From: an uncultured Parachlamydiaceae bacterium
GTDB lineage: Bacteria; Chlamydiota; Chlamydiia; Chlamydiales; Parachlamydiaceae
DNA: 64,000 bases
Direction of reading: 5' to 3'
NCBI GenBank assembly: GCA_963742415.1
Contig: CAVULX010000003.1
Span: 224,001 to 288,000, forward strand
Positions 1 to 10,655 of this stretch are shown here, in pieces; position 1 is the stretch's first letter; each line of letters opens with the position of its first letter. Under the pieces are notes generated by a model that was not told the origin of the DNA, ran no database searches, and worked only from the letters and a program-made list of their open reading frames with translations. Made by a program: the position numbers and the translations under genes.

Positions 1-1
1 A

Positions 2-1735
2 GGAGGTGCACGCAGCGCTTTAGGAGCTATAGGCAGCCTGCCCGCCGAAAAAATTATCGAATATATTAAAGAGCTCCGTGCTAGCCAGAAACCGTTAAGT
101 ATCTGGGATGCGCTCTGTTTACATGCTTTCATTGCCTTTAGAAAAGACATTCAGAGTTTAGTGAACTCAATGCCAAGGGCAGTCCAGAACTTCCGCGCCA
201 CTTTTGCCCCAGAAGCTGAATTGAATGAAATTATTTCCAGCCGCATAGACAAAATTCGTAACTTAAAAGAGCAGCTTCCTCATGTAGGGTGGACCTCACG
301 ACTAAAGATTTCAAATGAGATTGACGAAACATTGTCCTACCTCCCTCAAATTATTTCCCGGTTAAGCATTGAAGACCAGATAAAACAAACAGATGCCATT
401 TTGAATGAATTGCAAACCCTCTCTCTTCCAGAAGCCCGTATCGCTTGTTGCTCTTACCTGAACGAATATTATCTCAATATGAATTCCCAATTCAACGAGA
501 TCCCCAAAATTTTGGTGGATAAATATAAAGAAATAAATGAAAACTTCTCATCAAAACTAACTTCTCAACAATTGTATCAATATCAAATTGATCTTCAAAC
601 TCTGAGTTCCGAATGGATCAGGTACAATTGGATTGTCGAAGTACTCAATAGCATCAATCCATCCTTGGAGGTTGAAAAATCTGAAGATTTCATTTCCCTT
701 ACAGAAAATCTCCAACATTTGAGGAAAAAAACAGATGAACTTCAAAGCGAGATTCAAAAAAATAAAAATATATCGGATCTTAAATTAGAAGAAAAAGACA
801 AAATAGATCGAGAAGATACTGTGTGGAATGCCCTTATTCTTATCGAAGGCAATTCCAGTAAAATGATTAAAGAAACTATGGAAGAACTTTGCCAGATATT
901 GGAAGTTGAAAACGACGATACTAATGCCATGGACAGTGAGCTTACAAAATTGGGGTTGAACAATGTTCAGGCGCTTTTCGATAATAACATTGTTACAGAA
1001 GACGAATTTATCAAGATAGAAGAAGAAGAACGTTTCGAAAATAAAGAAATAGCCAAAACCTCAATAAAGAATAAAATCTTCGCTCATATCAAACAAAAAA
1101 AGGCTTCTTCTATTGATCTCCACTCACGTATCTATACCGTATTGGCAGCAGAACCGAAAAAACGGGATATGAGCCGTCTATACCGTACAACATCCACAAT
1201 CATTTATCGGGCCACTATGGCGTTTTCAATTTTAGCTCCTTTGATGGCCTGTTATCAGCGTGCTATAGTTGGCTTGGCTGTAGGAATTGTAGGATTTGGA
1301 GTTTATTCTTGTTGGAAGCGGAAAAGAATCTCCATTCACGAAGCCGGAGAATATTTTTTTGGCGGCCCCCGATTTACCCATCAATTATTCACAATGCTAA
1401 TAACAAGACGAACACTATTGACCCACCATCCCTCTTTCGAAAAAGATTTAGATACTTTCGTCAACGCCGATTTTTTTGGAAAATTCCGGCTGCTTTCGAT
1501 GGAACTTGGAATTACCGCAGCTTCCTCAATAATTTCCTTTGCAGCCAATGGGAAAAATGAAAACGACTCTTTTAGTGGCCGCGATAGCTTGCTGATTGAC
1601 CTGTTCCCGATAGGTCTTGGCGCCATGCTAGGCAGAGAGTTTGTTGATGGTGCATTTTATGGGATGCAGCGGCTCAAGGCCTTCCTCAACAAGAACAATG
1701 ATTCACTTAACCTATCTACACGATCTCTCCAGTAG
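2..1735 (+). CDS. Hypothetical coiled-coil protein with C-terminal hydrophobic segments (Inc/effector-like); 5' end lies beyond the window edge
   Basis: The frame of the 161..1735 ORF is open back to position 2 (GGARSALGAIGSLP...). E/K/L-rich helical middle; hydrophobic stretch TMAFSILAPLMACYQRAIVGLAVGIVGFGVYSCW. Confidence 0.6.
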   Translation, partial: GGARSALGAIGSLPAEKIIEYIKELRASQKPLSIWDALCLHAFIAFRKDIQSLVNSMPRAVQNFRATFAPEAELNEIISSRIDKIRNLKEQLPHVGWTSRLKISNEIDETLSYLPQIISRLSIEDQIKQTDAILNELQTLSLPEARIACCSYLNEYYLNMNSQFNEIPKILVDKYKEINENFSSKLTSQQLYQYQIDLQTLSSEWIRYNWIVEVLNSINPSLEVEKSEDFISLTENLQHLRKKTDELQSEIQKNKNISDLKLEEKDKIDREDTVWNALILIEGNSSKMIKETMEELCQILEVENDDTNAMDSELTKLGLNNVQALFDNNIVTEDEFIKIEEEERFENKEIAKTSIKNKIFAHIKQKKASSIDLHSRIYTVLAAEPKKRDMSRLYRTTSTIIYRATMAFSILAPLMACYQRAIVGLAVGIVGFGVYSCWKRKRISIHEAGEYFFGGPRFTHQLFTMLITRRTLLTHHPSFEKDLDTFVNADFFGKFRLLSMELGITAASSIISFAANGKNENDSFSGRDSLLIDLFPIGLGAMLGREFVDGAFYGMQRLKAFLNKNNDSLNLSTRSLQ

Positions 1736-2554
1736 GATTTGAAACAATAACCGGTAAGGGTGAATTAAAACATCGAAAATGCACCTTTTCAACTTTGCAA
1801 AAAATGTTTGCGAAACTTCAGGAAAAAATTCCCGCTCCAATCTTTCAGCTTCTTGCAAATAATCTTCCCGCAGCGAAACCATGTCTAATAGATCCCCCGA
1901 AAAATGGAGGGGCCGCATTTTGGAGCGCATTCGAACGACCTTCAATTCATGATCTCCCTGTAAAGGGGTTAAAGGCTTCGATAAATCGACTGCCAGAGGA
2001 GCCATTTTTTTCTTTCTCAAACTCTTTAAATGGATGTCAAATTGATCATAAATCATCCCTTCCCCCTCTACATCAATATTTGTAAAATAATGGGGACCAT
2101 TCCTTAAGTGGGATTCTGCTCCACTGAGCCTATATTGATTAAATTGCTTATCATGCAACACCCAGACAACTTGATATCCAAGAGAAGAATAATCAGCATT
2201 GCGCGCTTTTACTTCCTCTGCCGGCAAAGGGGAACATTGGATTTCAAATATAATTTTTTTGGAGATCCATGCTGCATCAGCAATTCTAGAAATCTCGGGA
2301 AATGGCCTTTCTAAAGTACATTCCCCTTCAGGCAGAAGGTTTTGCAAATAACTTTGCACTTGGAGATGGATCATGCTTTTTCCACTTAACTTACAATGTA
2401 ATGAAGATTTATAATGGAAAAAGTGCGCCTTCCGATGATCCCCCTTTCTCGATCTAACAGTTCCTTGGCATTCAGGACAGGTGTAATCCTTCCCTTTAAG
2501 AGCTTTTGCAGCAGGGATTAAGTTGTTATGAGAATCAAACGCATAAAGTTGCAT
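1712..2554 (-). CDS. coiA: Competence protein CoiA-like family nuclease
   Basis: MQLYAFD start; CPECQ...HFFH zinc motif; RIADA...FEIQCS PD-(D/E)xK-like motif; GYQVVWVL. Start moved from 2593 to the ATG at 2554. Confidence 0.8.
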   Translation of the reverse strand: MQLYAFDSHNNLIPAAKALKGKDYTCPECQGTVRSRKGDHRKAHFFHYKSSLHCKLSGKSMIHLQVQSYLQNLLPEGECTLERPFPEISRIADAAWISKKIIFEIQCSPLPAEEVKARNADYSSLGYQVVWVLHDKQFNQYRLSGAESHLRNGPHYFTNIDVEGEGMIYDQFDIHLKSLRKKKMAPLAVDLSKPLTPLQGDHELKVVRMRSKMRPLHFSGDLLDMVSLREDYLQEAERLEREFFPEVSQTFFAKLKRCIFDVLIHPYRLLFQILLERSCR

Positions 2555-2641
2555 AAAGCAGGCAAAATACCGGGATTTATAACTATATTTCAATCATAAA
2601 ACGAAAAAGGTTGGTAGAAAGGGAAATAAAAATATGCAATA

Positions 2642-2671
2642 TTGACAAAAACAATCATATTAGTGGAAAAT
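2642..2671 (+). promoter_or_regulatory. Possible sigma66 promoter for rpoD
   Basis: TTGACA at 2642-2647, 18-bp spacer, weak -10 GAAAAT. Confidence 0.35.
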
Positions 2672-2788
2672 AAGTCATGCAATTTTTCTACTCATTATTG
2701 TTGTCCTGCCAGCAAGTTTTTATTAAAACGCTAGGTTTAAATTGCGTATGCTCCCCTTATCAAAATAAAGGATGTGGATTAGAAAAAC

Positions 2789-4447
2789 ATGACTAAATCA
2801 AATTTTAAAAGCACTTTTTCTCCCCCCCATCAGCAAAAAATTGATGAATTGGTCGCACTTTCAAAAGAACAAGGCTATATCACTTACGAAGAAATCAATG
2901 AAATCTTGCCGATGACCTTTGATTCCGCCGATCAAATCGACCAAGTCCTGATTTATTTGAGCGGAATGGATATTCAGGTTCTTAATCAATCCGAAGTTGA
3001 ACGGCAAAAAGAACGTAAAAAAGAAGCAAAAGAGCTCGAAGGGCTCCCCAAAAGAATCGAAGGCACTCCCGATGACCCTGTCCGCATGTACCTTAAAGAA
3101 ATGGGATCGGTCCCCCTCCTTAGCCGCGAAGAAGAAGTTGAAATTTCCAAACGGATCGAAAAAGCGCAGATCCAAATCGAGCGGATCATCATGCGTTTCC
3201 GCTATTCTACAAGGGAAGCTATATCTATTGCCACTTACCTCATTCAGGGGAAGGAACGATTCGATAAGTCGATCACAGAAAAAGAGGTGCTAAACAAACA
3301 AGAATTTTTAAACCTCCTCCCAAAATTATGCAATTTGCTCAAAGAAGAGGATGAAAAGCTGGAAACCCTTCTAGGGGATAACCTTCAAGGAAAAAAAAGT
3401 GAAAAAGGGAAGATCGCCGAAGAGATCGAAAAATGCCGTATCCGCACTCAAGCCTACTTGCGAAGGCTCCATTGCCGCCATAACATCATCGAAGACTTTG
3501 TTGAAGTCATTTTAGAGGCCTATAACCGCTTCTTGGCTTTAGAAAAAGAGATCAACGAACTCATCCCTCGTGCTGAAAGAAATAAATTTGCCGCCCAAAA
3601 GCTATCTGCCTTCCAACGAAAACTTCACAAACGGGAACTCGCCGCAGGACGCACCTTGGATGACTTCAAAAAAGATGTCCGGATGCTACAACGATGGATG
3701 GATAAAAGCCAAGAAGCCAAGCGGGAGATGGTCGAGTCTAACCTTCGGCTCGTGATTTCGATCGCTAAAAAATACACAAACCGGGGCCTTTCCTTCTTGG
3801 ATCTTATCCAAGAAGGAAATATGGGGCTCATGAAAGCCGTCGAAAAATTTGAATATCGACGCGGGTATAAATTTTCCACCTACGCCACATGGTGGATTCG
3901 CCAAGCTGTCACACGCGCTATCGCGGACCAAGCACGTACCATCCGAATCCCTGTACACATGATTGAAACCATCAATAAAGTTCTCCGCGGAGCCAAAAAA
4001 CTCATGATGGAAACAGGGCGGGAACCCACGCCGGAAGAACTGGCAGAAGAATTAGGAATCACTCCTGAACGGGTCCGTGAAATCTATAAAATTGCGCAGC
4101 ATCCGATTTCTCTGCAAGCTGAAGTGGGCGATGGCGGAGAAAGCCAGTTTGGAGATTTCCTCGAAGATACAGGCGCCGATTCACCGGCCGAAGCGACCGG
4201 TTACTCCATCTTAAAAGATAAAATGGGAGAAGTCCTCGCCACTTTAACTGAAAGGGAACGGAAGGTCCTCATCCAACGCTTTGGATTGATGGACGGCAAA
4301 CCAAAAACTTTGGAAGAAGTTGGCATTGAATTTAATGTTACCCGTGAACGGATTCGTCAAATTGAAGCCAAAGCCCTGCGCAAGATGCGCCATCCAACCC
4401 GTTCAAAACAACTCAAAGCATTTTTAGATCTTCTTGAGATCGAATAG
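2789..4447 (+). CDS. rpoD: RNA polymerase primary sigma factor (sigma66/RpoD)
   Basis: [11 protein letters not shown] (region 1.2), [48 protein letters not shown] (region 2), [15 protein letters not shown] (region 4). Confidence 0.98.
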   Translation: MTKSNFKSTFSPPHQQKIDELVALSKEQGYITYEEINEILPMTFDSADQIDQVLIYLSGMDIQVLNQSEVERQKERKKEAKELEGLPKRIEGTPDDPVRMYLKEMGSVPLLSREEEVEISKRIEKAQIQIERIIMRFRYSTREAISIATYLIQGKERFDKSITEKEVLNKQEFLNLLPKLCNLLKEEDEKLETLLGDNLQGKKSEKGKIAEEIEKCRIRTQAYLRRLHCRHNIIEDFVEVILEAYNRFLALEKEINELIPRAERNKFAAQKLSAFQRKLHKRELAAGRTLDDFKKDVRMLQRWMDKSQEAKREMVESNLRLVISIAKKYTNRGLSFLDLIQEGNMGLMKAVEKFEYRRGYKFSTYATWWIRQAVTRAIADQARTIRIPVHMIETINKVLRGAKKLMMETGREPTPEELAEELGITPERVREIYKIAQHPISLQAEVGDGGESQFGDFLEDTGADSPAEATGYSILKDKMGEVLATLTERERKVLIQRFGLMDGKPKTLEEVGIEFNVTRERIRQIEAKALRKMRHPTRSKQLKAFLDLLEIE

Positions 4448-4455
4448 AAGATACG

Positions 4456-6687
4456 ATGGCACAATCAGCCCCTATCCTTGAACTTGACAAAGAAAGGATT
4501 CTGAAGCTTCTAGATGCAGACGGTCCTTTCTGCCAGTATTTCAAAGGCTTTGAGCCCCGTCCACAACAGATACAAATGCTCAGCGATATCGTAGAAGCTT
4601 ACAACAACCGCTCTATCACTTTGATCGAAGCTGGAACGGGTACTGGTAAAAGCTTGGCTTATTTAATCCCAGCCATCTTATGGTATCGAAAATATTTAGA
4701 AAGAACAGTCATTTCCACCAACACAATCAATCTTCAAGAGCAATTGCTCTTTAAAGATATTCCCCTCGTCACAAAAGCCCTAAAAGTAGATTGCAATGCC
4801 ACCTTAGTCAAGGGGATGGGAAATTATGTTTGCCTCCGCAAATTAAAAGAATCCCGCTTGGAACTCCCCCTCATGAGCAAACAAGAAATTGGGGAATTGG
4901 AAAAAATTGAAGCTTGGAGCGAATCGACAACCGATGGTTCCCGTTCCTCTTTGCCTATCGTCCCTTCTGCAGCGACCTGGGAAAAAGTGGGAGCCGAATA
5001 CGATACGTGCAACCACAAAGACTGCCCCTTTTATAAAGACTGCTTTTATTTTAAAGCCCGTCGCGCTGCCTCTGAAGCCCATATTCTAATTGTCAACCAC
5101 CATTTGCTATGCTCAGACCTAATCTTGCGCAGTGAAAACCCCTCTTCGCCTGAAGGAGGAATCCTCCCTCCCTACACACGCATTATCCTCGATGAAGCCC
5201 ACAACCTCGAGGAAACTGCCACAGACTTTTTTTCCGCTCGGATGAATCAATTGGGCTTTTTGCATAATCTCTCTAAAATCTCTTCCGAAAAACTCGGCAA
5301 ACCTTGCGGAAAACTGCAAATCCTAAAACAGCAAATTAATAGTTGTTATAAAAAAGGATGGCCTCACGAGATCGATGCAATTTTTAGCAAATTGAATACA
5401 GAAGTGGCCGTTTTGCGGATAGATCTCGTCCATGCTATTCATAAAACTTGTGAAGCCTTTAAACGGTTTTCCCAATTGTTGATGCCAGGTAAAAACGGGG
5501 ATGACCTAAATCCAAATGAAACCAAATTGCGTGTATTAGAATTTCATCGGACACACCCCTATTGGGAAAATGAAATCGTCCCCGCATCAAAAGAATTTAT
5601 TGAAAAAGGGGAGAAATTTATCCAAAGCCTGGATAGTTTGGCCGTCGATCTCATTCAAATCAAAAATTCCCAGATTCAGGAAAACACAAAAAATACCCTT
5701 TTTGATATCAAAGCGTTGTCTACACGCCTTACAGAAGATATCAACATCATCAGAAACTTTATCGCTCCTCAACTCCCTCCCGATAAGGTGCGCTGGATTG
5801 AAACACAAAATATCAAAGGATCTTCAAACACCTGCTTGTTCGATGCTGATTTAGACGTTTCCAAGGGGCTGGCTAACTACTTATTTAACAAGTTTCCTAC
5901 AACGATACTTGTAAGCGCAACATTGACGACCAATCATCGATTTGATTTTACCCGCCAACGATTAGGACTATCGGCCGATCTTATTGAAAGAACCGAAATC
6001 GTGGAATGCAAATATGATTCCCCTTTCAATTATCCAGAACAAGCCCTTTTGGCCGTGCCAACAGATATCCCATCTCCAACCCATCCCGAATTCAGCAAAG
6101 CTGCAGCTGAACAAATCCTTTTGTCATTGCAAGCTAGCCGCGGGAATGCGTTTGTCTTGTTTACTTCATATGCCATGCTTAAAACCTGCTATGAGCTTAT
6201 TCTAGACAAAATGTTGGATCTTCGATTCAACCCCATGAAGCAAGGGGATACCAACCGGCAAACGTTGCTCACAAAATTTAAACAAACAGACCGTGCTGTG
6301 CTCTTTGGCACAGATTCGTTCTGGGAAGGAGTGGATGTCGCTGGGGAAGCCCTTCGTTGTGTGATTCTGGTAAAGCTCCCCTTTCGCGTTCCCACCGAAC
6401 CGATCTTGCAAGCGCGCTGTGAAGCCATTGCAGCCAAAGGGGGCAACCCCTTTCTGGAATACTCCTTGCCCCGAGCTATTGTTAAATTCAAGCAAGGTTT
6501 CGGCCGCCTCATCCGAAATAAGAAAGATCATGGCTGCATTGTCTGTCTAGATGAACGGCTCTTAAGCAAAAGTTACGGCAAATTATTCTTAGAAAGCCTT
6601 CCCCATTGCCAACAAGTGTTTGCCCCCATGGCAGAAATTCACGAACAAATGAAGCTTTTTTATAAAAGATCAAAAAGTCGATGCTAA
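4456..6687 (+). CDS. dinG: DinG/YoaA family ATP-dependent helicase
   Basis: EAGTGTGKS Walker A, DEAH box, Fe-S cysteines, SATL, FWEGVD, QGFGRLIR. Confidence 0.93.
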   Translation: MAQSAPILELDKERILKLLDADGPFCQYFKGFEPRPQQIQMLSDIVEAYNNRSITLIEAGTGTGKSLAYLIPAILWYRKYLERTVISTNTINLQEQLLFKDIPLVTKALKVDCNATLVKGMGNYVCLRKLKESRLELPLMSKQEIGELEKIEAWSESTTDGSRSSLPIVPSAATWEKVGAEYDTCNHKDCPFYKDCFYFKARRAASEAHILIVNHHLLCSDLILRSENPSSPEGGILPPYTRIILDEAHNLEETATDFFSARMNQLGFLHNLSKISSEKLGKPCGKLQILKQQINSCYKKGWPHEIDAIFSKLNTEVAVLRIDLVHAIHKTCEAFKRFSQLLMPGKNGDDLNPNETKLRVLEFHRTHPYWENEIVPASKEFIEKGEKFIQSLDSLAVDLIQIKNSQIQENTKNTLFDIKALSTRLTEDINIIRNFIAPQLPPDKVRWIETQNIKGSSNTCLFDADLDVSKGLANYLFNKFPTTILVSATLTTNHRFDFTRQRLGLSADLIERTEIVECKYDSPFNYPEQALLAVPTDIPSPTHPEFSKAAAEQILLSLQASRGNAFVLFTSYAMLKTCYELILDKMLDLRFNPMKQGDTNRQTLLTKFKQTDRAVLFGTDSFWEGVDVAGEALRCVILVKLPFRVPTEPILQARCEAIAAKGGNPFLEYSLPRAIVKFKQGFGRLIRNKKDHGCIVCLDERLLSKSYGKLFLESLPHCQQVFAPMAEIHEQMKLFYKRSKSRC

Positions 6688-6720
6688 ATTAATACCAATT
6701 CGGCTCCGACTAAATAAAAA

Positions 6721-6790
6721 AAAACCCCGAAAGGGGTTTAGGATAGATAGCCCCGGAGCGCTACCTCGAAAGGATAGGCGACTCCGGGTT
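6721..6790. repeat. Intergenic REP-like hairpin cluster between convergent genes; probably also a terminator
   Basis: AAACCCC-GAAA-GGGGTTT hairpin, then ATAGCC and a CCGGAG...CTCCGG stem enclosing CCTCGAAAGG. Layout resembles the 86-bp unit at 20 kb. Confidence 0.55.
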
Positions 6791-6806
6791 ATGATTCAAA
6801 GAATCA

Positions 6807-8075
6807 TTAGTCTCCACCAAAGAGCACAATTGTTATAGTTTGGCTAGTAGATCCACAATCTGTGGTGCCAGTAATTGTAACTCTTGCAGTTACCTCTGTG
6901 GTGCCTGGGTTCTCAACAAGCAAGAATCCATCCGTAGTCAACGTCACTCCAGTAGGCAAGTTAGACGCTGTGAATGTTATAGGAAGGCCATTAGGACTGT
7001 GGAAATTTGTTGAGATATTGGCAATAGATATACCAGGATTAAACGTCAGAGGTCCAAATGGATCTGAAGTCGGCCCTGCACAGCTACTTTCCTCTGCAAT
7101 TGCTAACACTGTCGGCATGTAAACAGCAGGTTCTACAAGCCAGTCAGCTAAATCGTTGCAGACATTTGGACAGCAATCGTTAGAAGCACAGGGATCGCAG
7201 CATGTGTTGCAGCAATCGCCACGATTCCATGCATAACGCAACTCAACTCCAGCATTTGAACTGCTCGGCAAATGTTCTTTACCCCAAGTGTAACCGCCGA
7301 AAACAGCAATGCTGACGTCTCCATCCCAGATATTGTCATTCCATGCAAGTCTTCCTTCCAAGTAGTTATAGGCTTTTCGGAACTCCCCTTTAACATCGAA
7401 AACAAAACAGTCCCAGAGCCTTTGAACGAACCAAACTGATCCGCTAACCCCTCGAACTCGCTTGTCATGAGAAAAGTGGCGATGGTAATCTGTTGAATCG
7501 TAACCCACTGTTCCGATTAACCTGGCGCATTCCCATGGGGAAATGATTAAGCCCCCTTCCACATTCCAATTGCTTGCTCCTGCAATACGGCGAGAAATTG
7601 TTTCATTTTCAGTTTCACATAAGACTGAACTAAGAGAATGACTTGTTGCTCGTGAATAGGAACCGGTTAATTGGATCCCTTCGAGGAAGCAAAACCAATC
7701 ATCCACTAGGTATTGGTATTTTCCCCCTGCAGCCCACTGATGTGTCCATCGATGAACTCTTCCACTGGAAAAATTGTAGTGAAATTTTTCCCCCAAAAAT
7801 TCACCGCCGACTTTTAATCGATGGCAATCTCCGTAAAACGCACCATAAGAACCGTTGATACGATAAATTTTTGAACCAATTTCACCGAGAAAACTAACGG
7901 CGCTATTATCGCAAATGGATACAGGCGTTAGATTTAACCGGAAATAGGGGAAAAAATTATCCTTTGTTCTTTTAGTGCCATGATCGCAACTCCTCTCCTC
8001 TTCAGCAAAAGCTGCTTGTGAGCTGGAAAAAACCAAAGCTGCACACAGAGCTAAAAAATAGAGTATTTTTCGCAT
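6807..8075 (-). CDS. Exported beta-barrel protein, inverse-autotransporter (invasin-like) architecture, with Cys-rich linker and a C-terminal Ig-like domain
   Basis: Signal peptide ending AAFA; about 12 amphipathic beta-strands; CCNTCCDPCASNDCCPNVC; C-terminal ITFTASNLPTGVTL typical of putative Ig domains. Confidence 0.6.
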   Translation of the reverse strand: MRKILYFLALCAALVFSSSQAAFAEEERSCDHGTKRTKDNFFPYFRLNLTPVSICDNSAVSFLGEIGSKIYRINGSYGAFYGDCHRLKVGGEFLGEKFHYNFSSGRVHRWTHQWAAGGKYQYLVDDWFCFLEGIQLTGSYSRATSHSLSSVLCETENETISRRIAGASNWNVEGGLIISPWECARLIGTVGYDSTDYHRHFSHDKRVRGVSGSVWFVQRLWDCFVFDVKGEFRKAYNYLEGRLAWNDNIWDGDVSIAVFGGYTWGKEHLPSSSNAGVELRYAWNRGDCCNTCCDPCASNDCCPNVCNDLADWLVEPAVYMPTVLAIAEESSCAGPTSDPFGPLTFNPGISIANISTNFHSPNGLPITFTASNLPTGVTLTTDGFLLVENPGTTEVTARVTITGTTDCGSTSQTITIVLFGGD

Positions 8076-8166
8076 TTTTCTTCATCTCCTTCAATCTGTT
8101 ACTTTATCTCGCTTTTTTGTCAGGCTTATTCTTAGAGCCCACAAAAAGACAAATTTTTAAAACTTT

Positions 8167-8191
8167 AAAAGCCCCTATCTAGGGGCTTTTT
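8167..8191 (-). terminator. Rho-independent terminator
   Basis: AAAAGCCCCTA-TC-TAGGGGCTTTT perfect hairpin just downstream of the 8194..9222 stop. Confidence 0.8.
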
Positions 8192-8193
8192 GG

Positions 8194-9222
8194 CTACTGA
8201 ACTAATTCTACTGATTCAAATCTTTGATCACCTATAGCTAATGCTTGTGGTCTATAAATTGCAGGATCTGCAATCCAATTAGCTAACTCACAACTATCAT
8301 AGCAGCATACTTGTTCACAGCAATCGTTGCAGCCATTGTTGCAGCAATTGAACCATGAGCATGGGTTAATGCCGAATGTGAATCTAACTTCGCCGCCTGC
8401 AGCGCTGCTGCTAGGAAGCTTATATTTTCCCCAAACATGATTGCCAAAAACTCCGATCGTGAGATCGCCGCATTCAAATCTCTCGGTCCAGTTAAGCATC
8501 GCTTCTAAGTAGTTGTACGGGCGTTTGATTTGAGCTTTGATATCGAGGACAAGTTGGCACCATATTTTTTGTGTATAATCCAAGCTAAAGCCCACACCTG
8601 AAAGACGTTTTGTATCTTGGTGCTCCCGATGGTACCTAATGTTGTCATAGGAAATCGATAGAATCAAATTTCCACATTCCAATGGTGCCATAATAACACC
8701 AGCTTCCGCATTCCAGAAGATAGAGTCGCTGACCCGTCTTTCCAAATCAGACCCTTGAGCTAAGCAGATGACTTCAGGAAGGCGGCGAGCCATAGCATGG
8801 GAATACCCCAAAGCTAATTGTATACCATTAAAACAGCTTGGGCACTCAAACCAATATTGATATTTGCCTCCAACGCCCACTTGATGGGTCCATCGTAGAG
8901 CTCGGCCGCTAGAAAACTTATAGTGAATTTTTTGTGTCAGCCATTCAGCACCCAATTTGAAGCGGTGGCAATTGTCGGAAAAAAATCCATAGGTTCCATT
9001 GAATCTATAGTTTCTTGCTCCCATTTCACCTAAAAGAGCTAAACCTCCATTATCACAGTCAAGAGTTGCAATAGGTCTTACGCGCGCATAGGCAAAAAAG
9101 TTATCATATGACTTCCCTATGTCATGATCACAATTTCCTTCTACCTGTTCTGCGCCTGCGTATTGCAGCTGCAGTGTAAATAATGCGAGCAAAAACGTTA
9201 ACATGTACGATAATTTTTGCAT
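8194..9222 (-). CDS. Paralogous exported beta-barrel protein with Cys-rich linker and no passenger domain
   Basis: Colinear with 6807..8075 (CDH, YR.NG.YG, FSSGR..RWTHQ, YNYLE, LPSSS, LA.W...PA.Y.P..LAI); ends shortly after the linker. Confidence 0.6.
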   Translation of the reverse strand: MQKLSYMLTFLLALFTLQLQYAGAEQVEGNCDHDIGKSYDNFFAYARVRPIATLDCDNGGLALLGEMGARNYRFNGTYGFFSDNCHRFKLGAEWLTQKIHYKFSSGRALRWTHQVGVGGKYQYWFECPSCFNGIQLALGYSHAMARRLPEVICLAQGSDLERRVSDSIFWNAEAGVIMAPLECGNLILSISYDNIRYHREHQDTKRLSGVGFSLDYTQKIWCQLVLDIKAQIKRPYNYLEAMLNWTERFECGDLTIGVFGNHVWGKYKLPSSSAAGGEVRFTFGINPCSWFNCCNNGCNDCCEQVCCYDSCELANWIADPAIYRPQALAIGDQRFESVELVQ

Positions 9223-9364
9223 TTTCTAGGTCTCCTTAAATATTTACAAATTCTTCAGCTTTCGACATTGCTTTTGTATTCCATGCTTGCCAAGTGCATG
9301 TGAAAGCTTGTTCTTCTATTTAACTGCCTTTCATAACAGTTTTTATCAATTGAAGCAATATTTA

Positions 9365-10516
9365 TTATGTATTTTTTGCTCTCTGTTTGAAATTTAATAA
9401 TTTTGAACAGGCTTGAGCTATCGCCAACTCCTCACAGGTGTGGATCACGAGGACCTGTACTCGGGAGCCCGCCTGGGAAATCGGCGCATCTTGAAGGGGG
9501 CTTTCATTTTTGTGCACGTCGATCTTAACTCCTAGAAATTCAAAATGTTGACAAACCCTTGCTCGGACTTCTGCTGAATTTTCACCAATCCCTCCAGTAA
9601 ATAGGAGTAAATCCATTCCTCCCAAGCTTCCGATCATCGCTCCAATATTTTTTTTCAAGCTATGCAAATACATCTCAAAAGCCAAGATAGCCTCTTTCTT
9701 CCCTTTCGCTTGACGTCTTTGCAATTCACGCATATCAGAAATTCCGGCTATCCCTTGGATTCCCGATTCATAATTTAATCCCTGATCCAACTCTTTTGCC
9801 TTTATACCATGTTCTCGCATGAGGTAGATAAGGATCCCCGGATCGATAGATCCGCATCGAGTTCCCATCATCACTCCTTCAAGAGGAGTGAGTCCCATTG
9901 TTGTATCTACGCACTGCCCATGGCTTACTGCCGCCAAAGAAGAGCCGTTTCCTAAGTGGCAGGAAATTATTTTTAAAGAAGAAAAATCCTTTTTGATGAT
10001 TTGAGCTCCCTTTTTAACACAATATTCATGGCTGATGCCGTGGAAGCCGTAACGGCGGATTCCATAGTCTCTCCATTTTTTTGGAAGGGGATAAGTCTGA
10101 GCGACTTGAGAGAGAGTTCGATGAAAAGCGGTATCGAAAACAGCCACTTGAGGGACGCGAGGAAATAAAGACTGCATGATTTCAATTCCTTGCAGATTGA
10201 TCGGATTATGCAAGGGCGCAAAAGGGAAACAGGATTTTATCTTTCGTTTAACTTCTGAATTAATAATGCAAGGATGGCAGAAGAATCTCCCTCCGTGGAC
10301 TACGCGATGGCCGATAGCGGCAATTGGAGAATTTTGCAACCCTGGGCAAGAAAATAGCAACTTTTGAAGATCTTGAGGAGACCCTTTTTTCTTTTCCTTG
10401 GAAAATTCGAAAAGTTTCTCCCATAACAACGCGGGTGAATTTTCATCCCCATTGTTAAAATCGTAAAGAGCACACTTATAGGTACTTGATCCCCCATTGA
10501 CAACTAAGATTTTCAT
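9365..10516 (-). CDS. ackA: Acetate kinase
   Basis: MKILVVNGGSST, GHRVVHGG, APLHNP, VFDTAFH, YGFHGISH, HLGNGSS, TGGIGENS. Start trimmed to the ATG at 10516. Confidence 0.95.
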   Translation of the reverse strand: MKILVVNGGSSTYKCALYDFNNGDENSPALLWEKLFEFSKEKKKGSPQDLQKLLFSCPGLQNSPIAAIGHRVVHGGRFFCHPCIINSEVKRKIKSCFPFAPLHNPINLQGIEIMQSLFPRVPQVAVFDTAFHRTLSQVAQTYPLPKKWRDYGIRRYGFHGISHEYCVKKGAQIIKKDFSSLKIISCHLGNGSSLAAVSHGQCVDTTMGLTPLEGVMMGTRCGSIDPGILIYLMREHGIKAKELDQGLNYESGIQGIAGISDMRELQRRQAKGKKEAILAFEMYLHSLKKNIGAMIGSLGGMDLLLFTGGIGENSAEVRARVCQHFEFLGVKIDVHKNESPLQDAPISQAGSRVQVLVIHTCEELAIAQACSKLLNFKQRAKNT

Positions 10517-10655
10517 CAGGCATTTCTTCTGTTGATACTCTAGGGCGTATATACCGAACGTATAGCAAAAGGATTCCTTACTCGTCAATTTTTGAGTTCC
10601 CTTGTGCATAAAATAAATCTGTTATATACCGAACGTGACTCAAAAAAATTAGGCC

